A DNA stretch of 50,245 nt from an uncultured Micrococcales bacterium (GTDB lineage: Bacteria > Actinomycetota > Actinomycetes > S36-B12 > UBA10799). The notes beneath the pieces were generated by a model. It was not told where the DNA came from. It ran no database searches and was given only the letters and a program-made list of their open reading frames with translations. Location of the stretch: contig CALFYG010000327.1 in assembly GCA_937952095.1 (NCBI GenBank), positions 1-50,245 of the forward strand, written 5' to 3'. The position numbers and the translations under genes are program-made. This document shows, piece by piece, positions 1 through 8,493 of this stretch (position 1 is its first letter; every line of letters starts with the position of its first letter).

Positions 1-1
1 C

Positions 2-1414
2 CGGGCAAAGGCGGAACAGGCGGCGCAGGGCTTGGGTATGGAAGCGGTCTTTCCGCCGGGGTTTAAAGATTTTAACGATTTCCACGTTGCGTCCGGGCTG
101 GAAGCGGTAAAGGGATATTTACTGCCCACGGCACAGGCGTATGAAAAGCCCGTGACTGATTCGGTGATTTCCAGACCGCCAGGCATTCTGGGGGATGTGT
201 TTGATTATTATAATTCCACATCTGGAATAGCGCAGCCGGGTTTTGCGGTGCAGACAGCTTTGGCGGTGTGCAGCGTCATTCTGGGGAGGTCATATAAAAC
301 CAGTCTTGAAAACTATCCTTCATTGTTTTTGCTTAATGTCGGGAAGTCGGGTACCGGCAAGGAACATGCAAAAACCGTGGTTGAAAAGATCCTGTTCCAG
401 TGCGGCCATGCGGAACTGATTGCCGGGGATGGTTACACCTCAGCCGGGGCCGTGTTCTCGGCCTTGCTGGATAAGCCCCGCCATGTATCCGTGATTGATG
501 AGTTTGGCCGTTATCTGGAAGCCGGGCGGGATATGAAGGGCGGCAACCATAACCAGCGTGAGGCCAATACAAAGCTGATGGAAAGCATAGGCCGGGCGCA
601 TAGCGTGATCCGACCCCCGACCTATTCCAGCATGACATTAAAAAAAGATCAGGCCGCTGAATTAAAAAACCGTCAGGTCTTCAATCCCTCGATAACGCTA
701 TTGACCATGACCACGCCGGAAACGCTTTTTAGAACGCTGGACATGGGGGCAATCAAGGATGGTTTTGTGAACCGTTTTATTATTAGCGTATCAGACGCGC
801 AAAGATCGGTTAGAAAACACATGCAGCCAATCCCGGTTCCGATGCGAATATCAGAATGGATCAGGGACGTTACAAAGCGTCACGGAAGATTACATTTCGC
901 CGCAGATCCGGCGATACCCGTTGTACTGGAATTTTCAGAGGATGCGATGTGCATCCAGAATGAATTCCAGCAATATTGCATTGATAAGGCGAACTATCTC
1001 GAACGATTTGGTATGGCGGAATTGCCGGGACGATCAAATGAAATGGCAATGCGAATCAGTTTGATTGTTGCTCTGGCAAGAAATCCGGGAGCACTCGTTA
1101 TCTCCGGGCCTGATATGGGATGGGCGGTAAAATATATAAAATCCTGCCTTGAAAGCACGATTGAGAAATTGAAAGTGTCTATCTCATCATCGCAATTTGA
1201 GGGCGATAAAAAAGAAATCCTTGCCGATCTTCGGGAACGCGGAGCGGAAGGCATAACATGGACAGCGATGCAAAAGAATGCGCCGTACTCCCGGCATAAG
1301 CCAAAAGACTTGCGGGAAATTCTTATTGCCCTGCGCGATGCCGATCTTGCTGCCGACGAGCCGTTTGTGCAAGGCAGGGGAAGGCCGACGATCAAATGGA
1401 TGGCGATAAAATAA
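2..1414 (+). CDS. Replication protein: Toprim-domain tail plus DUF3987/YfjI-like P-loop NTPase (primase-associated helicase type); 5' end cut by window edge
   Basis: Reading frame is open from nt 2 (ORF track starts at internal ATG 32). FPPGFKDFNDFHVASG resembles the end of a Toprim/primase domain. Walker A NVGKSGTGKEH, Walker B VSVIDEFG. First gene of a + strand replication module. Confidence 0.6.
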   Translation, partial: RAKAEQAAQGLGMEAVFPPGFKDFNDFHVASGLEAVKGYLLPTAQAYEKPVTDSVISRPPGILGDVFDYYNSTSGIAQPGFAVQTALAVCSVILGRSYKTSLENYPSLFLLNVGKSGTGKEHAKTVVEKILFQCGHAELIAGDGYTSAGAVFSALLDKPRHVSVIDEFGRYLEAGRDMKGGNHNQREANTKLMESIGRAHSVIRPPTYSSMTLKKDQAAELKNRQVFNPSITLLTMTTPETLFRTLDMGAIKDGFVNRFIISVSDAQRSVRKHMQPIPVPMRISEWIRDVTKRHGRLHFAADPAIPVVLEFSEDAMCIQNEFQQYCIDKANYLERFGMAELPGRSNEMAMRISLIVALARNPGALVISGPDMGWAVKYIKSCLESTIEKLKVSISSSQFEGDKKEILADLRERGAEGITWTAMQKNAPYSRHKPKDLREILIALRDADLAADEPFVQGRGRPTIKWMAIK

Positions 1415-1429
1415 AAAATATTTTATCCA

Positions 1430-1459
1430 TTGACATGGTTATTAACTTGTAATAACAAT
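1430..1459 (+). promoter_or_regulatory. Sigma70-type promoter candidate with embedded inverted repeat (possible operator)
   Basis: TTGACA (1430-1435), 17-nt spacer, TAACAA(T) (1453-1459). The spacer carries TTATTA-N5-TAATAA (1439-1455). Lies just upstream of the RHH gene. Confidence 0.35.
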
Positions 1460-1475
1460 GTTCCCTAGGAAGGAA

Positions 1476-1613
1476 ATGGAAATGAAAAGGAAAACCTTTT
1501 ATCTGAGTTTCGATTCTATTAAATGGATCGAAAAAATGGCCAAAAAGGAAAGCAGATCGTTAAGCAACTATCTTGACAATCTAATCCAGAAAATAATCAA
1601 GGAGCAAAAATAA
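1476..1613 (+). CDS. Ribbon-helix-helix (CopG/Arc-like) small DNA-binding protein, 45 aa; not in the ORF track (too short)
   Basis: Translation MEMKRKTFYLSFDSIKWIEKMAKKESRSLSNYLDNLIQKIIKEQK has a beta-strand (KTFYLSF) plus two helices, typical of RHH. The second ATG at 1482 has better spacing to AGGA. Stop TAA 1611-1613 overlaps the next ATG (TAATG). Confidence 0.55.
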   Translation: MEMKRKTFYLSFDSIKWIEKMAKKESRSLSNYLDNLIQKIIKEQK

Positions 1614-2362
1614 TGGACTTAACAAATCTAGAGCCAGATGTAACGTCTGCACCACCAAGGCTGGTTGTTTACGGGCCTCAAGGGTCTGGCAAAACAACCT
1701 TTGCCGCACAAGCCCCGGCAACGATATTCATGGACATTGAGGATGGCTTGCATGGCATCAAGTCTGCGAAGCAGAGGGTTAAGAACTGGGGCGAAGTGCT
1801 GGAAATGATTACCGCCTTGCATCAGCAAGATCATAAATTCAAGACGCTTGCCGTTGATACGATTGATTGGTTAGAGAGACTTATACATACGGATATTGCC
1901 CTGAATAACAATGTCAATGCGATTGATGATATTCCGTATGGCCGGGGCTTTAATTATGCCGTGTCTCACTGGGAGACATTCCTGAAAGGAATGACCAGCT
2001 TGCGTGATAACAAAAGCATGACGATCATTTTGCTGGCGCACGACAAGATCAAGCGTTTCGATGATCCCATGACAGATGGTTATGATCGCTACATGTTGAA
2101 GCTGCATGATAAGGCCGGGGCATTGGTTCAGGAGTGGGCTGATGGCGTTTTGTTTATGAAGGGCAAGACCTTTATCAAGACCGAGAAATCTGGCTTCTCA
2201 GAAAAGAAAAAGGGTGTTGATGGCGGGGTATATCTGCACACCACGGAAACCCCTGCTTATCAGGCGAAGCACAGAACGGCTCTTGCTTTACCGGATGAAT
2301 TCCCGGTTTCTGAAAAAAATTCATGGGGTGACTTTGTTGCCGCCATTGGATCGCGTAAATAA
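1613..2362 (+). CDS. AAA_24 family ATPase (Sak4-like RecA-fold recombination/annealing ATPase)
   Basis: N-terminal RLVVYGPQGSGKTTFAA Walker A followed by IFMDIEDG; Walker B-like IILLAHD. The usual synteny with a DUF669 gene immediately downstream is present. Confidence 0.75.
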   Translation: MDLTNLEPDVTSAPPRLVVYGPQGSGKTTFAAQAPATIFMDIEDGLHGIKSAKQRVKNWGEVLEMITALHQQDHKFKTLAVDTIDWLERLIHTDIALNNNVNAIDDIPYGRGFNYAVSHWETFLKGMTSLRDNKSMTIILLAHDKIKRFDDPMTDGYDRYMLKLHDKAGALVQEWADGVLFMKGKTFIKTEKSGFSEKKKGVDGGVYLHTTETPAYQAKHRTALALPDEFPVSEKNSWGDFVAAIGSRK

Positions 2363-2387
2363 CACTTAACAATCAGGAGAAAATGAA

Positions 2388-2882
2388 ATGGTTGCACTAC
2401 CTTCTACCTACGTTCCGGATCAAGTCGAAGCTGCCACAGGCGGCGGGAGTGTTCCGGCTGGGAAATATCGCTGCGTTGTCTTGGGAAGCCAGGAAAAAGA
2501 CAATAAAGCCGGAACCGGGTCTTATGTTGAATTTAAATATCAGGTAACAGAAGGGCCGCATAAAGGATCTGATATTTTACAGCGTTTTAATTTCAACAAT
2601 CAAAATAAACAAGCCGTGGATATTGCCTTCGCGCAATTCAAGCAGCTTGCCGAGGCTTGCGGTAAGCCGGGATGCACGAATACCGATGATCTGAATAATT
2701 CTGTTGTCGTGATTACATACGGCCCGCAGAAGAACGCCCCAGAATATAATGAGGTTAAGAAGATTGAACCGGGCACAGCGACAACCGAGGGCTACGTTGC
2801 GCCGCCAGCGGTAACGGCCAAGCCAGCGGCGCAAGCTACTGCGGCGGCTGCGTCGAATGATGGCAAGCCTAGCTGGGCGTAA
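2388..2882 (+). CDS. DUF669-family protein (phage SSB-like partner of Sak4)
   Basis: VPAGKYRCVVLGSQEKDNKAGTGSYVEFKYQVTEGPHKGSDILQRFNF matches the DUF669 signature as I remember it. AGGAGA RBS 7 nt upstream of ATG 2388. Low-complexity Ala-rich C-terminal tail. Confidence 0.6.
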   Translation: MVALPSTYVPDQVEAATGGGSVPAGKYRCVVLGSQEKDNKAGTGSYVEFKYQVTEGPHKGSDILQRFNFNNQNKQAVDIAFAQFKQLAEACGKPGCTNTDDLNNSVVVITYGPQKNAPEYNEVKKIEPGTATTEGYVAPPAVTAKPAAQATAAAASNDGKPSWA

Positions 2883-2927
2883 CTTTAACGGCGGGAACTG
2901 CCTTAGTGCCATTTTTTGGAGAATGAA

Positions 2928-3686
2928 ATGACGAACTTAGCAACAATCGGGCACAATTTGCCCCCGACTGACGAAGAAATTCTTAAAGAAAAACTTCAAG
3001 AGCGCAGCCGTAAAGACATCGACCTTATGGCCGCTGTCATGGCTGAACCTGTGCCAGAAAAAATTGATACAGACGATGACGCAAAAAAGGCTGCTGATTT
3101 TATCAGCAAGATCAAATGTCTTGAGAAAGACTTTGAAAAAGTACACAAGGAAGAAAAAGCTCCGTATCTTTCCATGGGGCGCATTGTAGACGGGTTTTTT
3201 AATTCTCGGATTAAAGACCTTGAAGACTTTCGCAAGAAATATTCCAAGCCTGTTAATGATTTTCTAACCCGGAAAGCAGACGCGGAACGCGAAGCTATTC
3301 GGGCGCGTGAAGTTGCGGCGCGAGAAGCTGCTGATGCTCTTGCCGCACAAGCGGCGGCTCATGAAGCTGAAAATATTAAAGACACGGCCAATGAGCTTAT
3401 GGACTTGGCTGTTCAAGCTGAAAACAAAGCCGATAATCTTGGTAACTATGCTGATAATACTAAAAACGCTACGCTGGCTAAAATCAGAACTGAAAGCGGC
3501 GTTGTTTTATCTCAGCGCACGAAATGGGTTGGAGAGCCAACGGATGAAACTTATTCCGGGGTTGATCTAAATTCCATCCGCAAATGGATCAAGCCTGAAC
3601 ATATTCAGCTTGCTATCAATGCAGCGGTGCGTGATGGAGAGCGAAATATAGCCGGTGTGAAAGTTTACCAAAAGGCTGAGATTTAA
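2928..3686 (+). CDS. Hypothetical coiled-coil protein
   Basis: The long ORF in the track starts at TTG 2916. ATG 2928 is preceded by GGAGAA at good spacing. The central region is Ala/Glu/Lys-rich and predicted coiled-coil. No family recognised. Confidence 0.55.
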   Translation: MTNLATIGHNLPPTDEEILKEKLQERSRKDIDLMAAVMAEPVPEKIDTDDDAKKAADFISKIKCLEKDFEKVHKEEKAPYLSMGRIVDGFFNSRIKDLEDFRKKYSKPVNDFLTRKADAEREAIRAREVAAREAADALAAQAAAHEAENIKDTANELMDLAVQAENKADNLGNYADNTKNATLAKIRTESGVVLSQRTKWVGEPTDETYSGVDLNSIRKWIKPEHIQLAINAAVRDGERNIAGVKVYQKAEI

Positions 3687-3943
3687 TGAAATCAGAACTC
3701 GCAGCAATCGGCAAGGCATTGGACGATAAAACGGAATTGCCGTGGTGGACGGTTGATGACTATGTTGCATTGCTGCGAGATTGTCACACTAAACTTATGA
3801 AGATGAAGCCTAAAAAATCTTGCCAGAATTGCAGATTTTTTGATCTGACGAAATGCAATAAAGCAAATGCAATTCCGCCAGATCATATCAAGGCGAAGGG
3901 GTGTGAAATGTTTCATGACAATCTGGAGGATATTTTAGCATGA
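3686..3943 (+). CDS. Small Cys4 (putative zinc-binding) protein, paralog 1
   Basis: TAATG overlap with the upstream gene. C-terminal CQNCRFF...CNKA...IPPDHIKAKGCEMFHDN is shared with the next ORF. Confidence 0.55.
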   Translation: MKSELAAIGKALDDKTELPWWTVDDYVALLRDCHTKLMKMKPKKSCQNCRFFDLTKCNKANAIPPDHIKAKGCEMFHDNLEDILA

Positions 3944-4230
3944 TGGCCGGAAAGTTTAACCATGCAGATTTTACCGCTCTTTGCGTCTTGCTGAATAGCA
4001 ATGTCGGAATGACAGTAGAAGAACATGATAAATATACCTATATGCTGATGAATGCAGCGAATCAATTGCGCTGGCTGGCGGAACAAAAAGGATGCATGTC
4101 CTGCAAGTTTTTCTGCCGTGGAACTACAAAAATAACAGGATGCGAAAAAGCGGGAGGAAAACTTCCACCTGATAATATTCAAAAATCCGGCTGTGAAATG
4201 CACGAAAACAAGTTTGAGATTCCGTTCTAA
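3940..4230 (+). CDS. Small Cys4 (putative zinc-binding) protein, paralog 2
   Basis: ATGA overlap with paralog 1. CMSCKFF...CEKA...LPPDNIQKSGCEMHENK matches the motif of the previous ORF. Confidence 0.55.
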   Translation: MMAGKFNHADFTALCVLLNSNVGMTVEEHDKYTYMLMNAANQLRWLAEQKGCMSCKFFCRGTTKITGCEKAGGKLPPDNIQKSGCEMHENKFEIPF

Positions 4231-4255
4231 TCCCCAGAGCTTTAAAGGATAGTAA

Positions 4256-4609
4256 ATGAGATTAGAATTACCTTGGCCTCCGTCGATCCTATCGCCCAAT
4301 AGAATAGCCCATTGGCGCGTCAAGGCGAAGGCCAAGGCAAAGTATAAATCTGATTGTTACTATCTATGTGTTTCTCAAGAATTTGAAGATGACGGGCAGA
4401 ACATTCCAATCAAGATCATCTTCCACCCCCCGACGAAAAGATCATTCGATCTTGATAACCGGATTGCAGCGATGAAATCAGGTATCGATGGAGTAGCGGA
4501 AGCATTTGGAGTTAATGATAAGAGATTCAGGCCGATGACAGCGGATATTGGAGAAGTTGTTAAAGGCGGAATGGTTGTTTTAATTTTGAACGAAGGAGAA
4601 GAAAAATAA
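4256..4609 (+). CDS. rusA: RusA-family Holliday junction resolvase
   Basis: LPWPPSILSPNRIAHWR N-terminus and FDLDNRIAAMKSGIDGV acidic catalytic region are characteristic of RusA. Size of 117 aa fits. Confidence 0.85.
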   Translation: MRLELPWPPSILSPNRIAHWRVKAKAKAKYKSDCYYLCVSQEFEDDGQNIPIKIIFHPPTKRSFDLDNRIAAMKSGIDGVAEAFGVNDKRFRPMTADIGEVVKGGMVVLILNEGEEK

Positions 4610-4650
4610 CCCACCTCAATAAAACGCAACAATATTTCAATCAATTGTGT

Positions 4651-4678
4651 TTGAATATATGACTTTTTGGCATATAAG
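4651..4678 (+). promoter_or_regulatory. Sigma70-type promoter candidate upstream of denV
   Basis: TTGAAT (4651-4656), 16-nt spacer, TATAAG (4673-4678), in the 88-bp AT-rich gap. AGGAGAATAGGAA RBS precedes ATG 4698. Confidence 0.35.
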
Positions 4679-4697
4679 GATAATAGGAGAATAGGAA

Positions 4698-5045
4698 ATG
4701 ACCCGCATAAACTGCATCCCAGTAAACGAACTAACCAACAAGCATCTCTTATCCGAATATCGGGAGCTGCCTCGTGTGTTCAATCTGGCAAGGCCATGCC
4801 CTGATGCGCCCAGTCAATACGTTCTAGGGCCGGGGCATGTTAAATTCTTCTTTGACAAGCTGAAATATCTGCAACAAAGGCAAAAACAGATTGTGCAGGA
4901 ATGTTTAAACAGGGGCTTTAATATCACTCACACCTCTGTTGATTTTGATATGCCTTCTGATCTGGCGAATGACTGGATACCAACACCAGAGGCCATGGCA
5001 CTGAACCGGGCAAGGATCGTTGCAAGGTTGCTGGTGTCTTGGTGA
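4698..5045 (+). CDS. denV: Pyrimidine-dimer DNA glycosylase / AP lyase (T4 endonuclease V family)
   Basis: MTRINCIPVNELTNKHLLSEYRELPRVF aligns residue-for-residue with the T4 EndoV N-terminus (catalytic Thr2 and Glu23 conserved). GPGHVKFFFDKLKYLQQRQ..ECLNRGFNI is also conserved. Confidence 0.9.
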   Translation: MTRINCIPVNELTNKHLLSEYRELPRVFNLARPCPDAPSQYVLGPGHVKFFFDKLKYLQQRQKQIVQECLNRGFNITHTSVDFDMPSDLANDWIPTPEAMALNRARIVARLLVSW

Positions 5046-5076
5046 TGGAGATTGATATGTGGAGGGAATTAGAGTG

Positions 5077-5406
5077 ATGGAAGATAAATATAGGCAGCTA
5101 TCTGTTGAGAAAGCAGAGCTTTCTAATGGCGTTAACGCCTTAAAAAAGCAGCTTGGAATATATGGTAAGGTTGTTAATGGACAGAGGTTTCCTAAGTACA
5201 TTTTGCATGACCCCGCTTATAGCAAAATGTGCAGTTATAGAGATAGGATATTTGAAATTGAGAAGGAGTTAATAAAACTAAAAAAGAACGGGGTGGCACC
5301 AAACAAAAAAGATTTTAAAGACCTTATCTTGAAAATTATAGAAGAAAAAAATCCCGAACTATTTTTAGAGGCTAAAAATCAAGCTTATGAAAGGATGAAA
5401 GAATGA
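5077..5406 (+). CDS. Hypothetical coiled-coil protein
   Basis: The ORF track starts at GTG 5059. ATG 5077 lies 10 nt after GGAGGG. Lys/Glu-rich sequence, no family recognised. Confidence 0.5.
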   Translation: MEDKYRQLSVEKAELSNGVNALKKQLGIYGKVVNGQRFPKYILHDPAYSKMCSYRDRIFEIEKELIKLKKNGVAPNKKDFKDLILKIIEEKNPELFLEAKNQAYERMKE

Positions 5407-5549
5407 CCGACCTTGAATCCCTAACCGCCCGGATAGACAGGCTGGAAAATGCGTTGATGACTGCGCTGGTATGGATGGCAGGGAACAACCCGCCGACCGT
5501 CACTAATGCGGAGTTATGCGCGATTGATAAGATTATTAAGGGGGAATAA
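5403..5549 (+). CDS. Hypothetical small protein, 48 aa (below ORF-track cutoff)
   Basis: ATGA overlap with the upstream stop. Translation MTDLESLTARIDRLENALMTALVWMAGNNPPTVTNAELCAIDKIIKGE. Fills the gap up to the helicase gene exactly. Confidence 0.4.
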   Translation: MTDLESLTARIDRLENALMTALVWMAGNNPPTVTNAELCAIDKIIKGE

Positions 5550-5551
5550 GA

Positions 5552-6934
5552 ATGGAATATCAGGAATTTTTGAGGACTAAATCGCGTATAGATGTTCCGA
5601 CAGGGTTGCCAACAATCCCGCCGATCAATTCCAATGCGTTTGACTTCCAGCGTGATATTGTGTCATGGGCTTGTCGCCGTGGACGTTCCGCATTGTTTGC
5701 CGGAACTGGTCTTGGAAAGTCCCTGATGGAATTATCATGGGCAAATGCGCTTTATGAAGCCACTGGCGAACGCACGATCATATTCACGCCTTTAGCCGTT
5801 GCCGCTCAAATGAAGCGTGAAGCGACTAAATTCGGCATTGATGTCGATCATGTATCATCATGTACGGAAAGCAACAAACCGATTTTGATTACCAACTATC
5901 AAAAGCTGGATCATTTTGACATGACCAAGTTTAAGGGAGTTGTGCTGGATGAAAGCAGCATCCTGAAAAACCAGTCCGGCCATTACCGCACGAAGCTGAT
6001 TGAAGTCTGCAATAAAATACCCTATCGACTGGCAGCGACAGCAACGCCAAGCCCGAATGATTATATGGAGCTTGGAAACCATGCCGAATTCTGCGGGATC
6101 ATGTCATATACGGATATGCTTTCCACATTCTTTGTGCATGACGCAGCGAAAACGCAAGACTGGCGATTGAAAGGCCATGCGGAAGATGAATTCTGGAAGT
6201 GGATGGCGACATGGTCGGTCATGCTGCAGAATCCATCAGATCTTGGTTATGACGGGGAAAAATACAATCTTCCGCCATTGAACCAGATCCAGCATACCGT
6301 CGGAGCAAAATACGCCCCGAATATTGAAACAGGATTTTTGTTCCCTCTGGAAGCTCAATCCATGTCAGAACGGCTTAAAGTCAGGCGGGCGACGATTGAT
6401 GAACGGCTTGAAAAAGCCGCAGATATTGTAAATTCACAGCCGCAGGATTCATGGGTTGTATGGTGCAATTTGAATGATGAAAGCGACGAGCTGGAAAAAC
6501 TAATCCCTGATGCGGTTCAAATCAGAGGGGCAATGACGGAAGATCAAAAAGAAAAAATTCTTGAGGACTTTGCGCTTGGAAATATCCGCATATTGGTGAG
6601 TAAGCCATCATTAACCGGATTCGGGATGAACTGGCAGCATTGCAATAATACTTGCTTTGTCGGATTGAATGACAGCTTTGAGCAGATATTTCAATCCATC
6701 CGGCGGTTCTGGCGGTTCGGGCAGACCAAGCCAGTCAATGCTCACTTTATCGCTAGCGAATTAGAAGGCGCAGTTGTCGCCAATATCAAGCGGAAGGAAT
6801 TGCAATGCGAACATATGATGGCGCAGATGGTCAAGCATATGGCTGATTTGAGCGCGGATACGATACGCGGAGCAAAAAGAGATACGTTAACATACATTCC
6901 AACACAGAAAGCGGAGTTACCATCATGGATTTAA
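5552..6934 (+). CDS. SNF2/DEAD-like superfamily 2 helicase
   Basis: Motif I FAGTGLGKS, motif II VLDESS, motif III ATATPSPN, motif VI QSIRRFWRFGQ. Overlaps the downstream methyltransferase by 10 nt. Confidence 0.8.
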   Translation: MEYQEFLRTKSRIDVPTGLPTIPPINSNAFDFQRDIVSWACRRGRSALFAGTGLGKSLMELSWANALYEATGERTIIFTPLAVAAQMKREATKFGIDVDHVSSCTESNKPILITNYQKLDHFDMTKFKGVVLDESSILKNQSGHYRTKLIEVCNKIPYRLAATATPSPNDYMELGNHAEFCGIMSYTDMLSTFFVHDAAKTQDWRLKGHAEDEFWKWMATWSVMLQNPSDLGYDGEKYNLPPLNQIQHTVGAKYAPNIETGFLFPLEAQSMSERLKVRRATIDERLEKAADIVNSQPQDSWVVWCNLNDESDELEKLIPDAVQIRGAMTEDQKEKILEDFALGNIRILVSKPSLTGFGMNWQHCNNTCFVGLNDSFEQIFQSIRRFWRFGQTKPVNAHFIASELEGAVVANIKRKELQCEHMMAQMVKHMADLSADTIRGAKRDTLTYIPTQKAELPSWI

Positions 6935-7887
6935 AAGCAGTCAATCAGGTTATTACCAACGATTACGCTATTTATGAGGGGGATAGCTGCGAATTAATGC
7001 AAGCCATTCCGGATGCGTCAATTGGTTTTTCAATTCATAGCCCTCCTTTTGAAGGACTTTATAAGTTTTCTAACTCAGACCGGGACGTTTCAAATAGCGA
7101 AGGAGAAACATTCTGGAACCATTACGGATTTATCATTGATCAGCTTCTACGGATTACAAAGCCGGGGAGATTGGCCAGTGTCCATGTTATGCAGTTGCCT
7201 ACCAGCAAAACGCGGGATGGTTATATTGGAATGCGTGATTTTCGCGGTGAAGTCGTGCGGGAATTTCAGAAGCGAGGATGGATATTTTCGAGTGAGGTTT
7301 GCATCTGGAAAGACCCAGTAGTGGCGCAGCAGCGTACCAAATCAATCCGCCTTTTGCACAAACAGATTGAAAAAGACAGCTCAATATCCGGGCAAGGATT
7401 GGCGGATTATATTGTTACGTTCCGCAAGCCCGGAGAAAATATGGAACGGATTAGCGGGAAGTTTGAAATATACGTTGGCGAAGGAAACGCGCCGGAACCT
7501 ATTGAAAGCAGATTGCGCCGTCAATCACAGGCCGATGCGGAGAAATGGTACAGCATCGAGGTGTGGCAGCGATACGCCAGCCCGGTATGGATGGATATTA
7601 GTCAATCAAGAACATTACAATATCGTGGTGCAAGGGACGAGAAAGACGAGCAGCATATCAGCCCCCTGCAACTTGATGTGATTGAACGCTGCATCCATCT
7701 ATGGTCTAACCCCGGAGATATTGTTTTTACCCCGTTTATGGGGATTGGCAGCGAGGTTTATGGCGCGGTTGAGTTAGGCCGTAAAGGCATGGGGATTGAG
7801 CTGAAGGCCAGTTATTTCCGTCAGGCTGTGAAAAATCTTTCTGATGTCCAGACTAACAGAAACGATTTATTGAAGAACGCATCATGA
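6925..7887 (+). CDS. Beta-class N6-adenine/N4-cytosine DNA methyltransferase (N6_N4_Mtase type)
   Basis: Catalytic motif IV IHSPPFEG lies near the N-terminus and AdoMet motif I FTPFMGIGSE near the C-terminus (IV before I means beta class). SPPF is more typical of N4-C enzymes, but specificity cannot be read from sequence. Confidence 0.85.
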   Translation: MDLKAVNQVITNDYAIYEGDSCELMQAIPDASIGFSIHSPPFEGLYKFSNSDRDVSNSEGETFWNHYGFIIDQLLRITKPGRLASVHVMQLPTSKTRDGYIGMRDFRGEVVREFQKRGWIFSSEVCIWKDPVVAQQRTKSIRLLHKQIEKDSSISGQGLADYIVTFRKPGENMERISGKFEIYVGEGNAPEPIESRLRRQSQADAEKWYSIEVWQRYASPVWMDISQSRTLQYRGARDEKDEQHISPLQLDVIERCIHLWSNPGDIVFTPFMGIGSEVYGAVELGRKGMGIELKASYFRQAVKNLSDVQTNRNDLLKNAS

Positions 7888-8051
7888 CATCATCGCAGAT
7901 CAAAAAACTACGATCACGCCTAGACCTAACACAAGCTGAACTCGGCAAACTCATGGGTTTATCCGCCAGGACAGTCATGCGCTGGGAAGGCGGAAAGGCC
8001 CCTAACCCGACGCAGATTGCGTTTTTAAAACATTTGGCAAGAACGCAATAA
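7884..8051 (+). CDS. XRE/Cro-type helix-turn-helix protein, 55 aa (below ORF-track cutoff)
   Basis: ATGA overlap with the methyltransferase stop. LTQAELGKLMGLSARTVMRWEGG is a canonical HTH_3 motif. Confidence 0.65.
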   Translation: MTSSQIKKLRSRLDLTQAELGKLMGLSARTVMRWEGGKAPNPTQIAFLKHLARTQ

Positions 8052-8068
8052 AATTTCAATATATGGCC

Positions 8069-8097
8069 TTGCCCTATGTGACAAACTGGCGTATAAC
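8069..8097 (+). promoter_or_regulatory. Sigma70-type promoter candidate
   Basis: TTGCCC (8069-8074), 17-nt spacer, TATAAC (8092-8097), in the gap after the HTH gene. Confidence 0.3.
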
Positions 8098-8125
8098 TAT
8101 TTCTAACGAAACACGGAGAAAACAA

Positions 8126-8281
8126 ATGAGCAAACTTTTACAGAATTTTGAAGCTAACCCAACAAAAGAAAACGCTAATAAGGTTGTACGCCATGCCATG
8201 AAACATATGATGAGCTTGACGCTGTTAAACTCGGATCAGATTGCAGTTTATGACCGAGCATATAAAATGGCTGGTGTGTAA
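8126..8281 (+). CDS. Hypothetical small protein
   Basis: Internal ATG of ORF 8063..8281, preceded by ACGGAGAA RBS. The upstream extension overlaps the promoter-like AT-rich gap. Confidence 0.45.
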   Translation: MSKLLQNFEANPTKENANKVVRHAMKHMMSLTLLNSDQIAVYDRAYKMAGV

Positions 8282-8493
8282 TGACAACAGAACATTCTCA
8301 GCTTCTTGATAACCTGAAAGTCTTCGTCAAAGAAAACCGCCATGTTATTTCCAAATGCAGGTTTCAGGATGAGTTTTCTGCGATTGAGGTCGAACTGCAA
8401 GCCGTTATTGATAACGCGAATGAAGCGCAGGAGCAAAGAGATCGTGAAGAATATATTCGCTGTAACCGTATCTGTGGAGAGCAATTGGTATGA
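8281..8493 (+). CDS. Hypothetical protein
   Basis: TAATG overlap upstream and ATGA overlap downstream. Acidic 70-aa product, no family recognised. Confidence 0.5.
   Translation: MTTEHSQLLDNLKVFVKENRHVISKCRFQDEFSAIEVELQAVIDNANEAQEQRDREEYIRCNRICGEQLV

Noticed and set aside
2916-2927. TTG 2916 as the start of the coiled-coil protein, and GTG 5059 and ATG 8063 as starts of their ORFs.
   Set aside because: Downstream ATGs (2928, 5077, 8126) sit at proper spacing from GGAG-type ribosome-binding sites. The upstream codons lack one or fall in promoter-like AT-rich DNA.
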